Shown here: positions 50,491-61,531 of the stretch, in pieces
Numbering within the stretch: position 1 is the stretch's first letter
Layout of the letters: each line of letters opens with the position of its first letter
NCBI GenBank assembly: GCA_016748015.1
Contig: JAAOMT010000778.1
Location: forward strand, 4,945-68,944
Direction: 5' to 3'
Source: Geosiphon pyriformis uo1
Taxonomy: Eukaryota > Fungi > Glomeromycota
Length of the DNA: 64,000 bases
Notes under the pieces: model-generated
The model's database searches: none
The model's input: only the letters and a program-made list of their open reading frames with translations
Told to the model about the DNA's origin: nothing
Made by a program: the position numbers and the translations under genes

Positions 50491-53400
50491 TTTTTTATTA
50501 ATATTTTAATAAAGTATACTTAAAAACTATCTAATACAATATGTCAAATTAAATAACTTAAATTAAATGTTAATTATGTATTTTTTATATATAACCAATT
50601 ATTCAAGTTAGTCAAAGCACTAACTAAGCTGAACCAAAAGAAGCCAGAAGTAAATTTTATTTATTAAGACTCTTAATAATACCATTTAAATTTCTAAAAT
50701 TAAAAATAAACTTACTTAAAAACAATCTACTTTTTTTAATACTATTTTTAACTTTAAAACTACATATTTGCCACAAAATAATTATATGATTACATGTTTT
50801 TTCATTTAAAAAATGTGTTTTGGCAATACTTAAATTATTATTATTCATATTATTAAATTTATTAGTTTTAAGACTAACAAAGTTTTTAGACATATTAATT
50901 AAAAGAAAAACAAAGTTTTAAAAAACATTAAACATAATAAATAAATTTTTTTCAACTTTGTAATTTTTGCACATATTTTTAACACAAAAAAAATAATCAA
51001 AATAATCAAAAAACCAATAGATTTAATAATAGACTTTACCAAAGTAGTTAAACACAAAATCTTGAGACTTCAAAAAAATTAAACTTAAATTTAATAGCAG
51101 AATTAACAATAAGAACAGCCAAACAAGCAGCAAAAAAAAATTAGAGAAGCAGAAGTCATAATATAAGATTTATTATTAATAATAAAAAATATAAAAAGCT
51201 AAAAACTAACAATTAACTTAAAAAATAATTTAAAAAGAAAAAAAAAGACATTTTATAGTCAAATATTTATAACAATGACAGAATTTAAAAATTTCTCATT
51301 AAATATAATATTTATGTAAAATACAGTTTTTATCACAATAAGCTTTAGCTTCTTATAAGATTTAAAAATAATAACAGTAAAGCATTAATAATAATATAAA
51401 TTAAAAAAATAAAAAATAAAGCAAGTATAGTTACCAATTTGAAAAATCATATTACTAATTTCAAAAGCAATATAACTAAAAAAAAAATTAATCAATTTGG
51501 TTTTAAAAAAATTTTAAGAAGTAATTGCTTTTTTTTAATAAAAAAAAGAAAAAATTTAAATGTTGTTTTTTTTCATTATAACAAACCAGTTATTAAAAAC
51601 AGCAGCAATAAAAAAAGTTCTTAAAATTAACAATAGCATATTGTCACAAATCAACAGACTTCAATTTAATAAAGATAACAACACCAAAAATACCAAAAGC
51701 ATTCTTAATATTATTAAGAAATATACCAAAAAAAATATTATAAAGTACAACAAAAATAAAAATAAAAGAACCAGAAGTTACTATAAAAGATTTTACAATT
51801 TTAAGTATAATTAAAAAAAGAAAATCATTAATAAAAACTTTAACAGCAACAGTTAAAAAAGATTTAAAAGTAAAATTTACATAAAACAACTTAATATTGT
51901 TTTTAAAAACCAACTTGGATCTAATAAAGTCAAACAACAGATAAATAAAAAATTAACAAAAACCAACTTAATTTTAAAAGTATAATTAGAGATTAAAGTA
52001 AAAACCATTTATTTAAAAAATTTTTAATAGCTAAAAATTGTTTTTTAGATATTATTAAAGACAGCATCAGAAAACAAAAAAACAAATATTGATTTAGTTT
52101 TTATCTAATTAATCTAATATTTAAAATTAAGTAACTAAATAAGTTGCTTTGTTTTTAGAACTAACAATAATTTGTTAGAAAACATTATATTTAACAATAA
52201 AACCAGTAATAAATCTTGACTTATTTTAAAAAACATATTATTGTTATTATTACTTATATTAAAAAAAAAACTGGTTGTTGTTAGAAAAATTTTATCCAAG
52301 ATTTTATTTGAAATCACAAAAAAATTTGGTATAACAATAATAAACACAAGCAACTGTCATTGTTTTTTTGATTTTTTGGCTTTTTTAGTTATTTGTAAAG
52401 AAGTAGTAATAATATTAGTAATAATAGCAAAGAAAATTAGCTTATTAACTAGTCTATTATTAAATACTTTTGAACTCATAAAAGAAATAAAAACAACACT
52501 AAAATTAACTCAAATGTATTTCTTAAAAAAAACTTTAACTAAAAAAAAACCATTAGCCAAAGATAAAAAAATGCTTTAAAAATTGTTAAAAACAGTTTTT
52601 TATTATTAATATTTAAAAAAAATACTGCTATGATATTCTGCTTAGCTGTTTCAATAATAAAAAAACTTTTTTTCATTAAAATTTTATTAATTACTATAGA
52701 AAAAAGCAATATTTAAAACTTTTTAACTTTTTACTTTAATTGTAATTATTGTTACTAGTAAAAATTTAAGATATTAATTAGTATAAAAATATTCTTATAA
52801 TTTTTTTTATTAATTAGTATATATTATTATTTTAATTTATTACTCATTATTTTATCAAATTATTTAAATTACTATTTAATTAATAATCTAATTTGTTTAA
52901 TACACAAATTATAATAATTAAATTACATAATACTCTAAACTATATAATATTTAAAAATTTGCCAAAATAATTAATAGTTTACTAAAATACTAAATAATTT
53001 ATAAAAATAATTTTTAGTTTGCCAAAAATATATTTTTAATACAGTAAAATAATAGCAAAAAAAAAATACAAGTTTATAAACTAGTATTATAACAAGTTGT
53101 ACAAAAAAAAACTTTACTTTTTAGAAAAATGTATCTTAGCTAAAATTATTTTTTACTAAAAATATTTTTTTTAATATTAATACAAATTATTCCAATAAAA
53201 ATTACATTAAAAAACAACAAAATTCATAATTATTTTACTTAAAATTCTTTAAATTTCAACTAATGTATTAAAATTGATTAATTACTAATTTCAATAATTT
53301 GTTAATAAATTTAGGCCTAAACAGAAAATAATTCTCTTAATAAAATTCCTTTTTTTTTATGTTTTTTTTGTTTTTTTATTATAATTATTAAGGTAGTTTA

Positions 53401-53702
53401 CAAACAAGATTTTTGTAGAAAAATTGACTTTTACTACACATTTTTAGTGAACTTTCAGATAAGTATTTCCTGAAAAAAAGTTAATTTTTCTTGTAAAGTA
53501 ACTATACAAATAATTGGCATAAAATTAGCCATTCTATTTATAAGTTCAATAGTTCAAATTATAAGAGATAATTTGAAGATAAATTTAATTATTAGAGATT
53601 TATTAATTTCTAATAATTAAAAAGTAATAGCAAAGCAATAACAACAATATTTAAGAAAAAAAACCAAAAACCATTAATAATATTATAAAAATAGAAAAAA
53701 AA
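50491..53702 (-). mobile_element. HAL-C variant C4 (ORF1-only, LINE-D-type 3' tail), extremely AT-shifted, with nested F solo LTR
   Basis: 51250-52749 aligns to C1-C3 ORF1. 50491-50620 aligns to the LINE-D 3' end at 53812-53940. Confidence 0.78.
52750..53682 (+). repeat. Gypsy-F solo LTR, old
   Basis: Reverse-complement match to 46663-47643; TSD TTAT/TTAT. Confidence 0.82.
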
Positions 53703-56700
53703 ATCAATAAATTTTATTTTTAATATTAATAAAAATTTTTTAATATTTAAAATTTTTATTAAATTACAAAAAGTTTTAGAACTTATTAATTATTAATAAT
53801 ATATATATATATTTTTTTTAATAATTTATGAATAAGGTCCAAATGCTACTTAGTACAATATATCAAACTAAGTAATCTAAACTAGATGTAAATTATGTAT
53901 TTTCTACATGTGACCAGTTATTCAAACCAGTTAGAGCAATATTATAGATCTATTATAATAGATATAAAGCTATCAATACCAGAAAAAAAACTGCAAGACT
54001 TGTAAAAACCAAAACTAATACCATGTGTCTTCAATATTAAATAACCTAATAATATTATTAGAAAGCAAAGACAAAAATTCATGAATAATAGAAAGCACCA
54101 AATTATTACACACAATTAAATTTTTTTTCTTTAAAATTACCCTAAACTTAGCTTTTACCAACCACATCTCTGTTCAGTAAGCAATTTCCAAATCTCTTAC
54201 CAAATTAATAACCATTTTGTCTGCAATCTTAGCATACTTGAATACTGACAAAGTCTCCAAATATCAGTTCTTAAAAACAAAACTCTTGCACAAAGCCATA
54301 TATATCTCAAAATTAGAGGCATATGTAGAAAGCATCTGCATAATTCAAGATAACAATAGGCCCAAATCTGACAAAGAAATCCAATAAGCCAAGTAAAAAT
54401 TAAGTTTGCATAAGTGGCAAAGTTTATCACACATGTAAATAAATAATTAAGAAGTTTCATCTCTCTACAATGAAGACATAACACTCTAGAATATATTCTG
54501 TTATACAGTTGTTTTCTAATAGCAAAAACAATAATATAAAGTTTTTATAAAATACAAGCACAAGTCAATCATGAATTTACTAGTAAAACCAACTGCCATA
54601 TATAAGTCAGAGTGCCAAACTAATAAAGTACCTTAATTTATATCTTTAATCATATTAGTACTAATAACATTAGATTTAGGCCCAACTTTTTAGCAAGCCT
54701 AATGAACAACTCCAAAAATATTATTAGTAAATTAATAAATATTATTAAACACTATCATCTTACTGGCCTTTATAAATTTTTTCTTGACAAAAACAGAGAA
54801 TATTAAATTTAAATACAAAACCAAGTTGGCCAACTTATCAGCATGTTTATTTTCCAAAACACCTAAATGATTTTTAATCTTAGGCCAAGATACACTAATT
54901 CTTCTGTTTTTAATAGAGTTTACAACACTACACTTTTTTATCCAACAACAATTATGAAAATCTGGCAGAGCCAATTTCAATTCAGCAATGCATGCATCCA
55001 AAGTGGCCTGATTGTTTGAATGTACTACAACATAACTACCAGTCAGAACACACTTCAAAGTGAAGACAATAGTTTGTAATTTAGTTAACATTAAAGAAAC
55101 CAAACCACCAACTTTGATACCAACATTCAAATTCAAGTTAGCAAAAAATGCAGCTGCATTACATCTCATCTTATACATACTCAAGTTTTTCAGAGAACCA
55201 TTTATGTAAACATTGATAACATCGAAATTGGCATTAAAAAAATACTGCCATATTGATAAAAAACCACTAGAATCAAAAACACTTGAAAACAAGAATTCAT
55301 CACAAAAAGGCTAAACAACAAAACCACAAGAAAAGCAGACCAAATACTTGTATGCCAATTTGAACCATTTAGAAACAGAGCCTTTGGGATTGAGCTTCTT
55401 TCAACAATAAAATCTCTTTCAATTGAAAACTAAGTCTTTTTTATCATACAATTGTTCAACAAAAGCAATACTGAACCTTTTAAGTGATTTAAAAACATTA
55501 TAGAACACTAAATCTCCCAAAATAGAAGATATTGGAGTGCCATCTAAAAACCAAAACACAGATGAGAGATTGTTATCAAAAGCCATATTATATTCTAAGA
55601 AAATTTTTACCACACCAGTCAGAAAGTTGTTAACTAGACTAATTTCAATCTTATTGAAGTTTGTAAAGAATAAACAGGAAACCAACTTGAAACTTATAAG
55701 TCCAAAGATCTATGGTCAAATAAATAACCAAAAATTTTATAAGCATTCAAAAATCACAACACCAAAGCTGACTTACTTTCTATTTGCACCTGTTTAAATA
55801 ATTTCAAACTGTATAAAGATGGATAATAAAGAGCTTTATTAGGAAAGTCTTTAGACAAACCAGCTTTTATTTTTAAATCTTTTTTGATTAGTGTATTCTA
55901 TTTGATATATACACTCTTAGAAACAAAACTAAATTGGATTCTGTAACCAATAATAGAGTGCAATACTACTGAGACCAAATAAAAAAACTGTTTATCCAAA
56001 ATAGTCTTTTTCAGAACCATATTAGAAAAAAACTTGACATTTACATAAGCTTTTACCAAACTAGATTTGGACAAACTCTCAAAAGACAAAAAAATATTCA
56101 AATACCAATAGAACTTCCCTTTTTATGTGATAAAAATTGGCAATTTATTAATCAGTAATAAAGCATTTTTAACCCTCTAATTGATAGGAATGGTTACTGT
56201 CTTATTATTATTGATTGAAATGTTATTAATTTTGAAAAAACTATTCACAATGTCAAAAATATGTTGAGTGATTACCTGACTACACCAAACCCAAATTGTG
56301 CCATCAACAAAAGCACAAATTACTAAAAATAAAATTAGTTCACTCTAACTCACTAATTTGTTTGTTTTGACAATAAACTTAGTATTAATACAGTAGTCAT
56401 ACAGACCTTTTTGTTATTTGACTTTACATAAGAAAAGATTATAAAAGATTCTCTAAAGCAGAGGAAAGAAAATCTCACTCTGGTCCAGACTATTATGCAC
56501 ATAGTACCCATTGGTCAAACCATAATTAGTTATAACTTAATTGACTCTATTATCATAAATTTTTCCAAAGAATTGAATAAACTGCTTATATATTTTAATC
56601 TTAACCAAACTATTTCTTAGATAATACCAATCCACAAAGTCATAAGTCTTTCACATATTCTATAAGACTAACCAAAGCTCATGGCCCTTTTTTAAAGCAT

Positions 56701-57989
56701 CTTCAACTACTGAATTAATAGCAAAAATAGAAGACTAGATGGGAGTATTTTTTAACACAAAAAAATTGTTACCACAAAAAACATCAAATTTATTACATGA
56801 CAAAGAGATTCTATCAGAAAACAACTTAAAAAAATTTTTTTAAAAAGTTTCAATCAATGCAATTGGTCTAGTATTAGTCAAAATACCCTTCTACTCATAA
56901 GGCTTAAGAATCATTAATACTCAAGCTTCTTTTCAAGGTTGAAATACAGATTTATATACTAAACAAAGATTCAAAATATTTAAAAACATATTAAGCACTA
57001 TTACTTATAGAAATTAAGAGTATTATAGTTAAAGGAATAGTCAATTAGAAATAAGCATAATAACAAAAAAATTTTAGAATTTTTCTAAAAAAATTGTAGA
57101 ATTTTAGAATTTCAGAATTCCTTTAAAAAAATTGCAGGATTTCAGAAATTTTATATAATATAAAATATATATATATAGCAAGAGTGTTAAAAGCAAAAAA
57201 AGCAATTCTTAGAGAATTTAATAGAGTTTATATTAATTTAGAATAATATTTTTTCTTTAAAAGATAATTTTTTATGACTTAAAGTGAAATTATTTCCCTA
57301 TTAATAAAATTATCTATTATTATTGAATTCATGTTATTATTACTTGATTAAAAATATTAATTACTTTTACCATTATTAACACTTTATGTTAATAAAATCT
57401 AATACTTAACTACGTTAAACCAATAACTCTTGATTACAGCTATTAATAGGATACTAATTTCTTATTTTCTTTTTATTTTTTTTATTTTTTTTGTTGTTTA
57501 CTAAGTAATTAAAAGATTAACATGTGAAGTACTAACATTAGAAAAAACTAATAAAAGACCCAGAAATAAGGATAGACATTCAGAATTGAGAATAGCTTAT
57601 TAAGAGATACCAGCAACCAAGCTGAAAAAAAAATTGACAAAATAACTTTCTGAAAAGTTACAAACACCAAAGCATATTAACTTGAAAATTGGAAAAAAAA
57701 CTAAAAACATCACAAGAAGATATTACTATTGAATATCTGTTTATTATACAAAAGACTCAACCAAAACTTTCAGATATTACTAATACAACCAAGCTATTGA
57801 GCACCAAGTTACAGATTTGTTATTTGTTTTTATATCCCAAATAATTATCTGTAATATTTAGTGCTTTTTGTGAGGTATAATCCAACAAAAAACTAGCATT
57901 AGCAACAATCATACAGAAAAATGGCAGACCAAAAGAAAACAAGAAAAAATTACTTAGAATTTATAAAATCTTTATTTTAATATTATCTT

Positions 57990-58510
57990 TGAAAAACTTG
58001 TTAAATTGAAACTCCAATTATTCAAAACCCAAATATTAAAACCATGAACATTCAAAACTTACTTTTAATAAAAATTGTTAACTTCAAACTCTGAACATTT
58101 GAAACTTACTTTTAATAAATTTATTAAAAACTTGTTAAAATTAAAACTCCAATTATTTAAGATCTGATCATTTAAACCCTAAATATTTAAAAATTACCAT
58201 TAATAAATTCATTAAAAATTCGTTAAATTAAAACTCCAATTATTCAAAACCTGATTATTAAAACCCTAAACATTTAAAACTTATCTTTAATAAACTTGTT
58301 AAAACTCATTAAATTAAAAACTCTGATTATTCAAGATCTGATTATTTAAAAACTCAAACATTTAAAACCTGATAATTCCAACTCTGTTATTGTACAAAAA
58401 AACTTACTGTTAATAAAAACTTGTTAAATCTTTAGCAATTCAAACTCTGGGAAATATTTAAAAACTCAAACATAAAAAGTTCAATAAATTTCAAACTCTG
58501 CTATTATACA
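57990..58510 (+). repeat. Degenerate ~75-bp tandem repeats inside Gypsy-E
   Basis: Recurring GTTAAATTAAAACTCCAATTATTCAA...AAACATTTAAAACTTA...TAATAAA units. Confidence 0.7.
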
Positions 58511-58789
58511 AGAAAACTTATCTCCAATAGCCCAATAAAACCTAATTCTCACAGTACCAATAAATCAACAAAACTTATCTGATGGCTCTAAGTCAAAATA
58601 TTAGAACATAGTTACAATTCACTTCCATGTGTTATATATTTGAAAAAAAACCAATCAACAAGAACAAATAAGAATTGGAATCAGAACTTAATCCCAATTT
58701 AAACTCTACTAATGATGACAATAATTTAAACTCCACTAATAACAATGATAATTCAAACTCTGTCAACAACAATTCAAACTTTATTTCAA

Positions 58790-59010
58790 ATACTAAACAA
58801 TATATTATGCTTTTAGATCTTACAATAAAGCAAAAATTAACTTAATTTAATGATAATAATAAGGGCATTATGTTTGAATATGTACATAATACAAATACAA
58901 GATTTGAACTTAAATATTTTGGACAGACCACTATAGTTAAAAACTCTGGTTACATATAAAATTAGATTTAAAAATAGCAATAGAAATTACAACAACAACA
59001 TTAATACAAA
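58790..59010 (+). pseudogene. dUTPase N-terminal remnant
   Basis: KQYIMLLDL...KGIMFEYVHNTNTRFELKYFG aligns with KQYITLSDL...ESIMPECTHNANAGFDLRYSG at 5287-5415. Confidence 0.7.
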
Positions 59011-61531
59011 AAAAAAATTTAGAAAATTTTACAGAAGCTTAATATTAAAGGAGAGAATAATATTATTCATAGAAATTAAAAGTATTATAACTAGAGGAAT
59101 AGCCAATTAAAAGTAAACATAGTAACAGAGGAATTTCAGAATTTCTTTAAAAGAATTGCAGAATTCCTTTGAAAAAATTTCAGAATTTCAGGAATTTTGT
59201 ATAATATAAATTATATATATATAATGAGAGTATTAAAAGCAGAAAAAGCAATTCTTGGAGAATTTAATAGAGTTTATATTAATTTAGAACAACTCTTCCT
59301 TTAAAAAATAGTTTTATATAACTTGAAGTAAAATTATTTCCCTATTAATAAAATTATCTATTATCATTGAATTCATATTATTATTACTTGATTAAGAATA
59401 TTAATCATTTTTACCACTATTAACACTCCATGTTAATAAAATCTAATATTTAACTACTTTGAACCAATAGTTCTTAATTATAGCTATTAACAGAATACTA
59501 ATTTTTTATTTTTTATTTATTTATTTTATTTTATTTTGTTTACTAAATAATTAAAGGATTAACATACAAAGTACTGACATTAGAAAAAATTGGTAAAAAA
59601 CCCAAGAATAAAAGTAGACACTCGAAATTAAAAATAGCTTACCAGAAAATACTGGCCACTAAGCTAAGAAAAAAATTGACAGAATAACCTTTTAAGAAGC
59701 TACAAATACCAAAACATACTAATTTGAGGGTTGAAAAAAAAACTAAAAACATCACAAAAAGATATTACTATTGAATCTCTGTTTATTATACAAAGAACTC
59801 AACCAAAACCTTTAGATACTAAAACCTTTAAATATTACCAATACAACCAAACTATTGAGCACCAAGTTACAGATTTGTTATTTGTTTTTATACCTTAAAT
59901 AATTATCTGTAACAGCACCAAATTGTCACAATGTCTCCATAATTCATTTGTAATATCAAAAAAACCAGCAGTTTTTTCATCAGATAAGTTCTTAATTACA
60001 TGTACTAAGTTATCATAATTGATAAGATTTATAATATTGGAAAAAGCAGTATTATCAACATAAGCCAGCAACAGATATTGATGACATTACAGATTAAAAA
60101 CATGATTTAACATCATTCTCTTTCTTGTTTAATCCTTTATAATTGTATCAATCTTATTTTTAACCTTAACAAACTCTAGAAACAATTTACTATTAGCAAC
60201 TAAATAATCTAATATCATTTTCCAGAAAAAATGCTCCAAAATGCTCCTGATAGTATGGTTTTTATTAACTGTAAAGCTTTCCATTTTTCTATTGATAGCA
60301 GATCTAATGTGAACTTCTTTAGCCCTCAGTGACTTAACAAGTTTGCAGGCATAGTATAATTTTCTTATACCATAAAAAGCAAACTGCACACAATCAAAAT
60401 TAGTGCTAGAATTCAAAAAAACCTAAATAAGAGAAGTCTTGTTATTGTTCAAAAATGCCCAGCAGTTTATTAAAGAAGTAAACTTATTATTAATATTTTT
60501 ATGTGAAAATCTGATAATCTTTGAAACCAAAATTTCTAACTTATAAAACTTGAAAGAATTCTTAGTAAAAACACTATCAAAATTCTTAAACCACTTTTTT
60601 TTAAATATCTTATCAGCCAACAAACACACTATCTTGTAAACTACATTTTACATAGCATCCAAATCCAAGAATTTTTTAAAAGTAGCAAAATTACCAGAAA
60701 ACATTGCTGTATTGGCTGCTGTAAAATCTTTAAAATTGTTTTATTTTACTTTATTAGCATTTTTAACATTAAACTTTCAACAATTTCTGTTTACCTGTTT
60801 GTGCACAAGGTTAAGCTGCATATTTAACAAGCTGTTCAAATCCACAGAAACAGAAATAACTTGGTAGTTATTATCAAAGTAATTATCAACATTTACAATA
60901 TTACAATTCATTATTGCATTAACCAAATTTAAAAAAACAAAAATGTAATCAATTGTTTTCTTGACACCTTTGAAATTCTTCTAAGTTGAGACTTTTGCAA
61001 TTGGACTTTTGACCAAGGAATTAACCAACCTTAAATTGAAGTATTTTCCAAAACTAGCACATCTGTAAAAACCATTCTTATTAAAATCTCCACCCAAGAT
61101 AATAAAAAAAGATTCATTTACAGTCTTCAAAATCAAAAAATTGACCTTATTAGCTTGAAATAAACACACAGCCAAAGTGGTATCAGCATATAGCCCCAAG
61201 ATCAAAATAGATAATTTATTTCTAAAAAGCAGCTTAATAAACAAAAGCCTATTAGCAACTTCTGAAACTTTATATACATGTCTTGTCAAATTAATGTTTA
61301 TGATAACTATAACACCAAAACTCAAATAACCAAACTCCATATTAGAAGTAAACACCCAAACACTATTAAACTTGTTCATAATCCATGGACAAATTTTTTC
61401 TTTCAATTTTGTCTCAGTAACAATAGAAATTAAATTGTTTATATCTTTATGCCAATAAACAATATTAGCTTGTTTAGCAGAATTGTTTATATCTTTAACA
61501 TTATACATAGTCACTTTTTAAACAAGATTAA

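Larger units (their letters stand above)
56999..59914 (+). mobile_element. Gypsy-E: short non-autonomous LTR element (two ~855-bp LTRs, 1.2-kb interior)
   Basis: LTRs at 56999-57856 and 59061-59914; TSD GCAC/GCAC; PBS-like tagtgctttttgtgagg; PPT aaaggagagaataa. Confidence 0.88.
54000..61525 (-). pseudogene. LINE-D ORF2 (endonuclease, RT, RNase H)
   Basis: NVK.INN, IVTETKL, ILGGDFN, TIDYIF (APE); RPIALIE, AFVDGTIW (RT); VYINGSL, KIKNHLGVLENKHADKLA (RNase H). Confidence 0.88.

Noticed and set aside
59038-59060. dUTPase motif 3 (NIKG) doubling as the PPT in Gypsy-E
   Set aside because: It matches the GAGCTCA-PPT pattern of families A and F equally well; the resemblance is probably coincidence or deletion microhomology.
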